Below, one piece after another: positions 55,720 through 63,664 of a stretch of 64,000 nucleotides of DNA (position 1 is the stretch's first letter; every line of letters begins with the position of its first letter). A model generated the notes under the pieces. That model did not search any database and was not told where the DNA came from. It saw nothing but the letters and a program-made list of their open reading frames with translations. The position numbers were made by a program, and so were the translations under genes. Source of the DNA: Syntrophales bacterium (GTDB taxonomy: Bacteria; Desulfobacterota; Syntrophia; Syntrophales; UBA6109); the NCBI GenBank assembly GCA_035366835.1, contig DAOSIS010000002.1, positions 113,208 to 177,207 of the forward strand, read 5' to 3'.

Positions 55720-56427
55720 TCAATCCCTGACTTTGCGACAGGCATACTCCGTCAGGAAATCATCGTCCGATCTACACTTGTCTACGGAGAATCCGACCCT
55801 CTCCAGCATGCCATGCAGGATCCAGCCGAATGTACTGTGCTCGTCCCGGATATGGGTCTCGACCTCCGACTTGAACTCTTCACCGGCGATTTTCCCGAAC
55901 CCGGCGATCCAGGAATCGATCTTGCCGGCATATCCCCGGGGATCGAATTGGAACACGACATCATGGATGTACAGCAGGCCGCCCGCCTTCAACATTCTGT
56001 TGATCCGCAGCAGCGCCACCTGTTTCCAGAAATCGGGCAGGTGATGAAGCGCGGCCTTGGTGATGACCAAGTCGACCGGCTCCCCTTGATGTTCATAGCT
56101 CAGAAACCCGGCAACAATGAATTTGAGGTTCCGGACATCCGCGCCGACCTTCTTCCTGGCTTTCTCTATCATCGCTTCCGAGACGTCGACCGCGTAAACG
56201 GCCTTGAAACGGTTCGCCGCCAGAACGGACGCGGCGCCGGTACCGCAGCCCAAGTCGACAACTGTTTTCCGCTCCGGATTCTCGATCTCCAGAAAATCCA
56301 TCATCCCCTTGAACTCTTTTTCATAGTTGCGGAATTTCTGATGCCGGTCGTCATACGATTCCGTTTGCCCGGCCTGTGAGTAGTCGACCCCGCGATGCCT
56401 GGATTCGTCATACAGCCATCTCTTCAT
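55720..56427 (-). CDS. Class I SAM-dependent methyltransferase
   Basis: VVDLGCGTGAAS motif I. Start placed at MKRWLYDE (ATG 56427) behind GAGGAGAGG. The upstream ATG at 56448 lacks a Shine-Dalgarno site. Confidence 0.8.
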   Translation of the reverse strand: MKRWLYDESRHRGVDYSQAGQTESYDDRHQKFRNYEKEFKGMMDFLEIENPERKTVVDLGCGTGAASVLAANRFKAVYAVDVSEAMIEKARKKVGADVRNLKFIVAGFLSYEHQGEPVDLVITKAALHHLPDFWKQVALLRINRMLKAGGLLYIHDVVFQFDPRGYAGKIDSWIAGFGKIAGEEFKSEVETHIRDEHSTFGWILHGMLERVGFSVDKCRSDDDFLTEYACRKVRD

Positions 56428-56551
56428 CCGCCTCTCCTCGTCTTTCATGGCATGATGCAGGAGGACACCTGCCGCCGTTCGTTACGATGGGCGTTTGATA
56501 GCTCGAAAAAAAGGATCGTGCAAGGGGGGTAATGGAGGGACTGGTCCGTCG

Positions 56552-56974
56552 TCACGGCGTTTCCTGCCGACCGTGCGGGGAGCCCTCGACTCTGTACCGT
56601 TCAATCCCCCGCATCACGAATTCCAGCAAAGCCTTGCCTCTGATCCGCAGTTCTTCATTTTCACTTTCCAGGAACCGGCTAAAGGACTCTTCCGTTAGGG
56701 TGGCAGCCTCGTCCAAGCTCTTTCCTTTCATCAGAACACACAGTATCTCCACCGCGACATTGGTGATCGGTTCGCAAGAACATTGATACTTGATGTCTTC
56801 GATCCTGTTGTCGGCGATACGGACATACAGCTTCATGAACGCGTCTATCTCCCCACAATTAATCGCCCTTTCTCCGATCGCATCCAGGACGATCGACGCG
56901 TCATCGAGCGACCCGGCGTGCTCGAAATTCGTCTTGAGCAGATAGCGGTAGTATTTGATCACGGCGTCATCCAT
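56552..56974 (-). CDS. NifU/IscU-N-terminal-domain-like Fe-S scaffold-family protein
   Basis: Only the last 140 aa of the 324-aa track ORF look real (MDDAVIKYYRYLL...NCGEIDAFMKLYVRIADNRIEDIKYQCSCEPI...GKSLDEA). ATG 56974 sits behind GGGGGAGGG. Confidence 0.72.
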   Translation of the reverse strand: MDDAVIKYYRYLLKTNFEHAGSLDDASIVLDAIGERAINCGEIDAFMKLYVRIADNRIEDIKYQCSCEPITNVAVEILCVLMKGKSLDEAATLTEESFSRFLESENEELRIRGKALLEFVMRGIERYRVEGSPHGRQETP

Positions 56975-57462
56975 GCCGCTTCTTCCCTCCCCCGGTTTCT
57001 CCGGATATTCAACAATGGCTGCATGCTGCGAATTTCTGCCCGGGATCCACGAACACCCGCATCGGGCCCTTGCGCGGTTGATCCAGATCCGCCCCGCATT
57101 CTGGGGCTTCAGCCGGAGAACCAGGATCGAGCCGTGTTCTTCAGCGGACGCGGGCACTGATGAGTTCGGTGATAATCCGGCGGGCACTCTTAACGCTCGG
57201 GCGGGATTCCTCTCGATGGGGCCTGGAGCTCTTCGGCGAACCCGTGGCGCCCCCGTCCCGCCGCTCCGGGCCGGGTATCCCGTACAATACACGTCGATGG
57301 ACTCCATGTCCTGTCTGGGCAGGGGCGTCGTGCAGGCATCGCCAGCGTAGATGGAATGCTTCCCTTCTTGCCTTCTCTTCAGCGACGGGAATCTTCCCTC
57401 CAATCTTCGAGGGATTTTGCGCGTTTCACGGAACCCCTTGCCGAAGAGTCGTGCGCGCGGAT

Positions 57463-57498
57463 CGGCAAGCCTCCGCAGAGGACCTCGGAGGCCTGCCG
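57463..57498 (-). other. Strong 13-bp stem-loop in the 3' region of mop, with no U-tract
   Basis: The minus-strand RNA CGGCAGGCCUCCG-(10 nt)-CGGAGGCUUGCCG forms 12 Watson-Crick pairs plus 1 G-U pair. On the plus strand the same position is an A-C mismatch, so the structure favours the minus-strand transcript. Confidence 0.5.
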
Positions 57499-57535
57499 AT
57501 TTTCCAACAAGGACGCGCATACGCACTGTGAGCGG

Positions 57536-60211
57536 CTATTTCCTTGCAGCCGCAAGCGCCGCCTTCACCTTCTCCGGCGTGGCCGGCAACCTGTAAATCC
57601 TGACTCCGCAGGCGTTGTAGATGGCGTGCGTCACCGCAGGAGCGGTGGCAAGCATTGTCATCTCTCCGATACCCGTGGCGCCCAAGGGCCCGTTCATACG
57701 GGGCGTTTCGCGGGTGATGATCTCGCTCTCGAAGGCGTCGCGTATCGTCGGGAATTTGAACGTAACATAGTCTTTGGACTTTCCATGGATGTACTCCTCG
57801 CGGAGTGCATAACCGACGCCTTGATCCATTCCGCCTTCCAGTTGACCTTGAAGGGCCTGCGGGTTGATGATCGTTCCCGCATCCACCGCCGTCGTCATCT
57901 TGAGAACCTGGACGGCACCGGTTTCCGTGTTCACCTCCACTTCGGCCATCTGGATATTGTGGCATTCCGAGACGAAGGAATTTCCCTGCCCGGTCTTCTT
58001 GTCAAGGCCGGCAGGAAGGTCGTTCTTGTGGACGCCCTCATAACGCGTTGGTTTGCCCGCTTTCTTCAGCCCGGCATAGGTCCTGGTTCCGGCCTCCTTC
58101 ATGGCGTTCTGGAGGTTCTCAATCGCCTTGAGCAGTGCATTGCCGGCCATGAACGTCATACGGCTGCCGGCCGCCGGCCCCATGCCGACGGTCTTGTCCG
58201 TATCCCGGGTGTACAGCCGCACCTTTTCGAGCGGAAGCCCCAGTTGATGCGCCGCGATCTGCGACAGCATGGAATCGTTGCCTTCGCCGGGATCGGCGAC
58301 GGCGGCGTAGATCGTGATGCCGTCATCCGCGTCGATTTCGACGGACAGAGTCGCCTTGTCCCCCGCGGCGCCGATTCCGAAAGAATGACAAGCGATGCCG
58401 ACGCCGCGCTTCAGTTTCCCGCCCTGTGCGTTAAAGGCCTGCGCCTCTTTGTTCGCCCTGTCGTAATGCGGTCGAATGACGTCACAAAGCTCGGCAAAGG
58501 GCCACTGGTGAACGACCATCCCGGTGCCTTTCGTCTGCCCCGGCTTCAGCGAGTTCATCCGGCGGAATTCCAGGGGATCGATTCCTGCCTTTTCCGCCAG
58601 CATGTTCACGGCCGATTCCAGGGCGAAATTCGTTTTGGGCGGGCCGGCGCCGCGTGCGGCGCCGCTGAATGCTTCGTTGCTGTACACGACCCGCCCGAGG
58701 GCTTCGATATTGGGAATGTTGTACGCGCTCTGCAGCATCTGCAGGGAACGCATCATCTGATTCATCCCGTTTCCCGTGTAGGCCCCTTTGTTCACGGTGA
58801 AATCGATGTCAAGGGCGGTCAGATGCCCGTCGCCGTCGGCCGCGAGTTTCACCTTCATGCTGCTGTAGGAAGCCCGCTTGGATGTGATCTGGAGCGATTC
58901 TTCCAGGCTGGGCACGTAACGCACAGGGCGCTTGAAGTGCAGCGCGGCAGCGGCCGCCAGGGACTCTGGGGCGAGCGACGACTTGATGCCGAATTGCCCG
59001 CCCGAGAAGGCCTCCTGGTAACGCATGTTCTCGTATCCGACCGCTTCCTTCATCTGTGCAAGGTGGGTGTGGATGTTGATGCTCCGGCCGATGAAGATCA
59101 GCTGCGGATTTTCACCGTCGCCGGCGAGGTAAGCGGAAGAGACTTCCGGCTCCAGGGCCGCCTGGTGATTCGTCTGTGTTGCGAATTCCGCCTCGACGAC
59201 CGTCTTCGCCTCCTTCAAGGCCTTTGCTGCATCTCCTTTGATCACAGGTTGCGATCCCAGGATGTTGTTGGGCGCATGGCTGTGGATTTGATAAGCCCCG
59301 GGGGCGAGGGATTCTTCGGGCGTCATCATGACCGGCAGGGGCTCGTATTCCACCTTCACCGCCGCTGCTGCCGCCCGCGCCTGCTCCCGGGTCTCGGCCA
59401 CGACGGCCAGGATCGGGTCGCCCAAGGTCCTGACCCTGTCCTCGCAGAGAATGGGCTGGTCCGGAACCGTCAGCCGGATGCGGTTCGTCCCCTTGATGTC
59501 TTCGGCCCTCATGAAACCGACGACACCGGGCATCTTCTCCGCCGCCGAGGTGTCCACGGACTTGATCAGGGCATGAAATTGGGTGCTGCGGACAACGGCC
59601 AGGTCCAAGGCATTGGGCGGAAGATCAATGTCTGCATTGAACTTGGCAGTGCCGCAGGCCTTGATCATCGCCGTGGGCCTTGGATGGGATGCACCCAGCA
59701 TACCTTTGGGGATCATGTTGCGGACCTCTTCGGGGTTCGTCTCTTTGCGAAGAAATCGTCCGGCAAGCTGGACCGCCTCGATGATCTTCTTATAGCCTGT
59801 ACAACGGCACAGATTACGCGCCAGGGACTTCTTGATCGCCGCCGCATCAGGGTCCGGGTTCTGATCCAGGAGGGCCTTTGTGGCCATGATCATGCCCGGC
59901 GTACAGAATCCGCATTGAATGGCTCCCGCCAGGACAAAAGCCTCCTGAATCAGGTGGGGATTTTGGGGTGTCCCCAATCCTTCTACCGTGATGATTTCCG
60001 CGCCCTCCAGCTTGGCCACTTTTGTAATGCAGGAACGTACCGCCCTGCCATTAACGATGACCGTACAGGCGCCGCATTGCCCTTTCCGGTCGCAGGACTG
60101 CTTCGTCCCGGTCAGATGTAGGTCCTTGCGCAGGAGATCGATCAGAACCATATCCGGACCTGCGGCGACCTGACGTTGAACACCGTTTACTGTAAGCGTT
60201 ACCTTATCCAT
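57536..60211 (-). CDS. mop: Molybdopterin aldehyde oxidoreductase, Mop type (xanthine-oxidase family; 2x[2Fe-2S] plus Mo domains in one chain, no FAD domain)
   Basis: 891 aa. N-terminal plant-type and second [2Fe-2S] motifs (CDRKGQCGACTV, CGFCTPG, CRCTGY), followed by Moco-binding domains. Confidence 0.92.
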   Translation of the reverse strand: MDKVTLTVNGVQRQVAAGPDMVLIDLLRKDLHLTGTKQSCDRKGQCGACTVIVNGRAVRSCITKVAKLEGAEIITVEGLGTPQNPHLIQEAFVLAGAIQCGFCTPGMIMATKALLDQNPDPDAAAIKKSLARNLCRCTGYKKIIEAVQLAGRFLRKETNPEEVRNMIPKGMLGASHPRPTAMIKACGTAKFNADIDLPPNALDLAVVRSTQFHALIKSVDTSAAEKMPGVVGFMRAEDIKGTNRIRLTVPDQPILCEDRVRTLGDPILAVVAETREQARAAAAAVKVEYEPLPVMMTPEESLAPGAYQIHSHAPNNILGSQPVIKGDAAKALKEAKTVVEAEFATQTNHQAALEPEVSSAYLAGDGENPQLIFIGRSINIHTHLAQMKEAVGYENMRYQEAFSGGQFGIKSSLAPESLAAAAALHFKRPVRYVPSLEESLQITSKRASYSSMKVKLAADGDGHLTALDIDFTVNKGAYTGNGMNQMMRSLQMLQSAYNIPNIEALGRVVYSNEAFSGAARGAGPPKTNFALESAVNMLAEKAGIDPLEFRRMNSLKPGQTKGTGMVVHQWPFAELCDVIRPHYDRANKEAQAFNAQGGKLKRGVGIACHSFGIGAAGDKATLSVEIDADDGITIYAAVADPGEGNDSMLSQIAAHQLGLPLEKVRLYTRDTDKTVGMGPAAGSRMTFMAGNALLKAIENLQNAMKEAGTRTYAGLKKAGKPTRYEGVHKNDLPAGLDKKTGQGNSFVSECHNIQMAEVEVNTETGAVQVLKMTTAVDAGTIINPQALQGQLEGGMDQGVGYALREEYIHGKSKDYVTFKFPTIRDAFESEIITRETPRMNGPLGATGIGEMTMLATAPAVTHAIYNACGVRIYRLPATPEKVKAALAAARK

Positions 60212-60440
60212 TCCGTCTCCTTTCCAAACAGGACTTCTCTAGAAACGCACCGCAGACGGGAGGCAAATCACGCACGATGCGCGTTATTGCTTCCCGGACG
60301 AACGGCCGACAGCCAATTGGTTCCATTGGCCGAACAGCAAAACTCTTGGCGGTAACCGAATTCGATGCAGCCATCTTTTCTGCCATTGCTCATGCATCCG
60401 AAGAGGGACTCATTTAATTAAAAATCTAATCTTGTTTTTG

Positions 60441-60469
60441 TCTATATGCCACAAATGACATAATGTCAA
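60441..60469 (-). promoter_or_regulatory. Sigma70-type promoter candidate for mop: TTGACA-17 nt-TATAGA
   Basis: On the minus strand, a perfect TTGACA is at 60469-60464 and TATAGA at 60446-60441, within an AT-rich patch. This implies a leader of about 220 nt. Confidence 0.45.
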
Positions 60470-60535
60470 GTCTGACCTGCACACCCGGTGACGCAGCGAT
60501 TGGATTGTAGAGACGATCGGAAGACGAAGTGCACG

Positions 60536-60561
60536 GGAGGGGCCGTTGGCCCTCCTTTTTT
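60536..60561 (+). terminator. Orphan terminator-like hairpin plus T6 on the plus strand
   Basis: GGAGGG-(GCCGTTGG)-CCCTCC followed by TTTTTT at 60556-60561. No plus-strand gene is recognisable upstream of it. Confidence 0.4.
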
Positions 60562-60731
60562 ATGCCAGTGCCACCCCCAAGGGAAATTTATCCCCCCAAA
60601 AATCCCTTGCGGCTTGGTTGTGGTGTCGTTGAGGGGTGCACAGAACGGGATATTATGACCTATTACCGGCGGGTCACCCGGAGCGAAAAAAGGCCGTATT
60701 CGGGTAAGCCCTTGTACGACCTTGATTTTCT

Positions 60732-60819
60732 TGGTGCCTAGGGCGGGACTTGAACCCGCATGATGCTGGGCATCGAGGGATTTTAAGTCCCTTGCGTCTA
60801 CCAATTCCGCCACCCAGGC
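60732..60819 (-). tRNA. tRNA-Leu (anticodon UAA), CCA encoded
   Basis: 88 nt: GCCTGGG acceptor, D-arm GGTAGA, anticodon loop CTTAAAA, long variable arm, T-arm GCGGGTTCAAGTCCCGC, and 3' CCTAGGCACCA. Confidence 0.95.
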
Positions 60820-60836
60820 CCGGACAAACCTGCAAC

Positions 60837-60865
60837 CCTATAGTATTTCAAAAAATTGGTGTCAA
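60837..60865 (-). promoter_or_regulatory. Sigma70-type promoter candidate for tRNA-Leu: TTGACA-17 nt-TATAGG
   Basis: On the minus strand, TTGACA is at 60865-60860 and TATAGG at 60842-60837. The -10 element ends 17 nt upstream of the mature tRNA 5' end. Confidence 0.5.
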
Positions 60866-60928
60866 GCTTGGTATTCGATGATATAAGAGGCCGCCGAAAA
60901 CATCCGCCCCACGGAGGACATGCAGCCC

Positions 60929-62254
60929 ATGGCCGATGCCGATCTGCTCATTTCCGGCGGTTTGATCCTGACTCTCGACGAGAAGGATACCGCGATCGAA
61001 GACGGCTCACTGGTGATTTCCGGCGATGCGATCGCCGATATCGGACCCCGCAGTCTCCTCGAAAAGCGATGGCACGCCCGGGACGTCCTGGATGCCCGGG
61101 GTTGTCTCGTCATGCCCGGGCTGGTCAACGCCCACACGCACGCTGCCATGACCTGCTTCCGCGGCATCGCGGACGACATGGATCTCATGGAATGGCTCAA
61201 CAACTACATCTTCCCCGCCGAGGCGAAAAACGTCGATCCCGAGTTCGTCTACTGGGGCACGCTGCTCGCCTGCGCGGAAATGATCCGTTCCGGAACGACG
61301 ACCTTCTCGGACATGTACATCTTCGAGGACGAGACCGCCCGCGCCTGCAGCGATGCCGGCATGCGATCCATCCTGGGCGAGGTCCTCTTCGACTTTCCGT
61401 CGCCCAACTTCAAGACCCCGGACGAGGGTCTCGCCTACACTGAACGGCTGATCCGGAAATGGTCGGACCACCCGCTCGTTCGGATCATGGTCGAACCGCA
61501 TGCCCTCTACACGTGCTCCGAGGAGATCCTTCTCCGGTCGAAAGGGCTTGCCGACCGCTACGGCCTGCGGTACGCCGTCCACCTGCTCGAGAATCGGCAG
61601 GAGACGAGACAGCTCCAGGCGAAATTCGGGAAGAAGGCCGTCACGTTTCTGCGGGACATCGGTTTCCTGACGGACCGCTTCTTCGCCTTCCACTGCGTCT
61701 GCCTCGACGAGGACGATATTGCCATGCTGGCGGACGGGGGCTGCGGCGCCGTCCATGTGCCGGAGAGCAACATGAAGCTCGCCTCCGGCTGCGCACCCGT
61801 ATCGAAGATGATCTCGGCCGGAATCCCTGTCGGTCTGGGCACGGACGGCTGCGCCAGCAACAACAATCTCGACATGTTCGGCGAAATGGATTCCGCCGCC
61901 AAGCTCGAAAAGGTCGAGCGTCTCGACCCCACCCTCATGTCCGCGCGCACCGTCTTGAGGATGGCCACCTGCCAGGGGGCCAGGGTCCTCGGGATGGACG
62001 GTCAGGTGGGACGGCTGGAGAAGGGGATGAAGGCCGACGTGATCGTCCTGAACCTCAACAAGCCCCATCTGACGCCGCTCTACAATGCCCATTCCCAGCT
62101 GGTCTACGCGGCCTCCGGTGCGGATGTGGAAACGACGGTCATCAACGGCAGGATCGTGATGAAAAATCGCCGCATCCTGACCTTCGACGAGAACGAGGCG
62201 ATGAGCAGGGTTTCCGCAATCGCGCTTCGCGTAAAAAGGAGTCTTTCGTCATGA
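60929..62254 (+). CDS. mtaD: Amidohydrolase, 5-methylthioadenosine/S-adenosylhomocysteine deaminase (MtaD) family, copy 1
   Basis: MPGLVNAHTHAAM, HLLE and GTDGCASNN motifs. Start placed at MADADLLISGG (ATG 60929, 10 nt after GGAGGA). An alternative ATG exists at 60920. Confidence 0.85.
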   Translation: MADADLLISGGLILTLDEKDTAIEDGSLVISGDAIADIGPRSLLEKRWHARDVLDARGCLVMPGLVNAHTHAAMTCFRGIADDMDLMEWLNNYIFPAEAKNVDPEFVYWGTLLACAEMIRSGTTTFSDMYIFEDETARACSDAGMRSILGEVLFDFPSPNFKTPDEGLAYTERLIRKWSDHPLVRIMVEPHALYTCSEEILLRSKGLADRYGLRYAVHLLENRQETRQLQAKFGKKAVTFLRDIGFLTDRFFAFHCVCLDEDDIAMLADGGCGAVHVPESNMKLASGCAPVSKMISAGIPVGLGTDGCASNNNLDMFGEMDSAAKLEKVERLDPTLMSARTVLRMATCQGARVLGMDGQVGRLEKGMKADVIVLNLNKPHLTPLYNAHSQLVYAASGADVETTVINGRIVMKNRRILTFDENEAMSRVSAIALRVKRSLSS

Positions 62255-63600
62255 CCACAGGTCCCGCCGTTCGTGAAGTCGATCTCCTCATCCGGGGAGG
62301 AACGGCATTGACGATGTCGACGCGCGACGGCATCGTGGAAGATCCGCTCCTGATCGTCGACGAGGGGAAGATCGTTCATCTCGCACCATGGAGCCCGCAG
62401 ACGGAGCGGCTGTACCGCGCGAAAGAAACCCTGTCCGCCGAGAATCACCTGATCCTGCCCGGCCTGGTCAACACCCACAGTCACCTTCCCATGGTGTGCT
62501 TCCGGGGAATGGCGGATGATCTGCCGCTCATGACCTGGCTTCACGACCACATCTTTCCCGCCGAAGCGAAGCACGTCAGCCGGGAGATGGCCTACGCCGG
62601 GTCGATGCTCGCCATCGCGGAGATGATCCTCTCGGGGACGACGACCTGCTGCGACGCCTACTTCCACGAAAGCAGCGTCGCCCGCGCCGCCGTCGCTTCG
62701 GGCTTCCGGCTCGTCCCCTGCCAGGGCTTCCTCGACGCGGGCCCGATGCCGGGAGGGGTCCTGGAAAGGCAGATGGAGATCGCGCAGGGCTTCCTGGACA
62801 AGTGGCGCGATCCCTCGACGCTCGTCGTTCCCGCCCTCGCCTGCCACGCCGCTTATTCCTGCCGCGGCGAGACCCTCCAGGCCGTGAAGAAGATCGCCCG
62901 CGAGGCGGACGCGCTCTTCATGATCCACCTCGCCGAGACAAGGGACGAAGTCGAAGAGATCCGCTCCCGTTACGGCACGACGCCCGTCCGCTATCTCCGG
63001 AAACTGGGCGTGCTCGACGACCGTACACTGGCCGTTCACTGCAATTGGATCGATGCCGGAGAAATCGACATCCTGGCGGAACACGACGTGAAGATCTCCC
63101 ACAACCCGGAAAGCAACATGAAACTCGCCGCAGGCATGGCGCCCGTCCCCGCGCTCCTCCTGCGCGGCCTGGACGTCGGCCTCGGCACGGACGGCGCCGC
63201 AAGCAACAACGATCTCGATCTCTTCGGCGAGATGTCCGCGGCCGCCCGCTACCACAAGCTGAAGGAAGCGAACCCCACCGTCATGGACGCCACCGTCGTC
63301 ACCGTCATGGCCACGCTCGGCGGCGCTCGCGCCTTGAGGCTGGACGGCGCGATCGGATCGCTGGAACCCGGCAAGTCGGCCGATCTCATCCTGCTCGACC
63401 TGAAGAAGCCGCACCTCACGCCGATGTACAATCCCTATTCCCATCTCGTGTATGCGGCATCCGGTGCAGATGTGTCGGATTCCGTGATCAACGGCAGGAT
63501 CGTCATGAGAGACCGACGGCTTCTCACGATAGACGTGGATGAGGCGATGGAGGAGGTCAGGAAGATCGCGATGTCGATCGCGGGGAGAAACGCCCCCTGA
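62251..63600 (+). CDS. Amidohydrolase, MtaD family, copy 2 (tandem paralog)
   Basis: 449 aa. LPGLVNTHSHLPM, HLAE and GTDGAASNN motifs. The ATG overlaps the copy-1 stop as ATGA. AAGGAG Shine-Dalgarno site 9 nt upstream. Confidence 0.85.
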   Translation: MTTGPAVREVDLLIRGGTALTMSTRDGIVEDPLLIVDEGKIVHLAPWSPQTERLYRAKETLSAENHLILPGLVNTHSHLPMVCFRGMADDLPLMTWLHDHIFPAEAKHVSREMAYAGSMLAIAEMILSGTTTCCDAYFHESSVARAAVASGFRLVPCQGFLDAGPMPGGVLERQMEIAQGFLDKWRDPSTLVVPALACHAAYSCRGETLQAVKKIAREADALFMIHLAETRDEVEEIRSRYGTTPVRYLRKLGVLDDRTLAVHCNWIDAGEIDILAEHDVKISHNPESNMKLAAGMAPVPALLLRGLDVGLGTDGAASNNDLDLFGEMSAAARYHKLKEANPTVMDATVVTVMATLGGARALRLDGAIGSLEPGKSADLILLDLKKPHLTPMYNPYSHLVYAASGADVSDSVINGRIVMRDRRLLTIDVDEAMEEVRKIAMSIAGRNAP

Positions 63601-63664
63601 GGGCCGTGCAGGGAGCCCGGGGCCATCCGTCTCCCTTGCCGGGGGACGGTGACCCGCCGCGGGT

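Noticed and set aside
56975-57526. An N-terminal 184-codon extension of the NifU-like ORF, giving a 324-aa protein.
   Set aside because: The extension is low-complexity Arg/Pro/Gly sequence with no family resemblance. A strong Shine-Dalgarno site and ATG at 56974 give a standard 140-aa NifU-N-like protein.
57356-60121. A 921-aa plus-strand ORF opposite mop. A similar 859-aa ORF at 52860-55439 lies opposite the regulator and kinase genes.
   Set aside because: Both are antisense to genes with strong domain signatures, and their translations look non-protein-like.
60212-60440. A Moco/Tuco riboswitch upstream of mop.
   Set aside because: The context is attractive, but I could not find the conserved core of the motif as I remember it by eye. 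It is kept only as a generic structured-leader finding, pending cmsearch.
60466-60813. A 115-aa minus-strand ORF (MAELVDARDLKSL...).
   Set aside because: It runs through the tRNA-Leu gene and its downstream spacer. It is an artefact of translating a tRNA.
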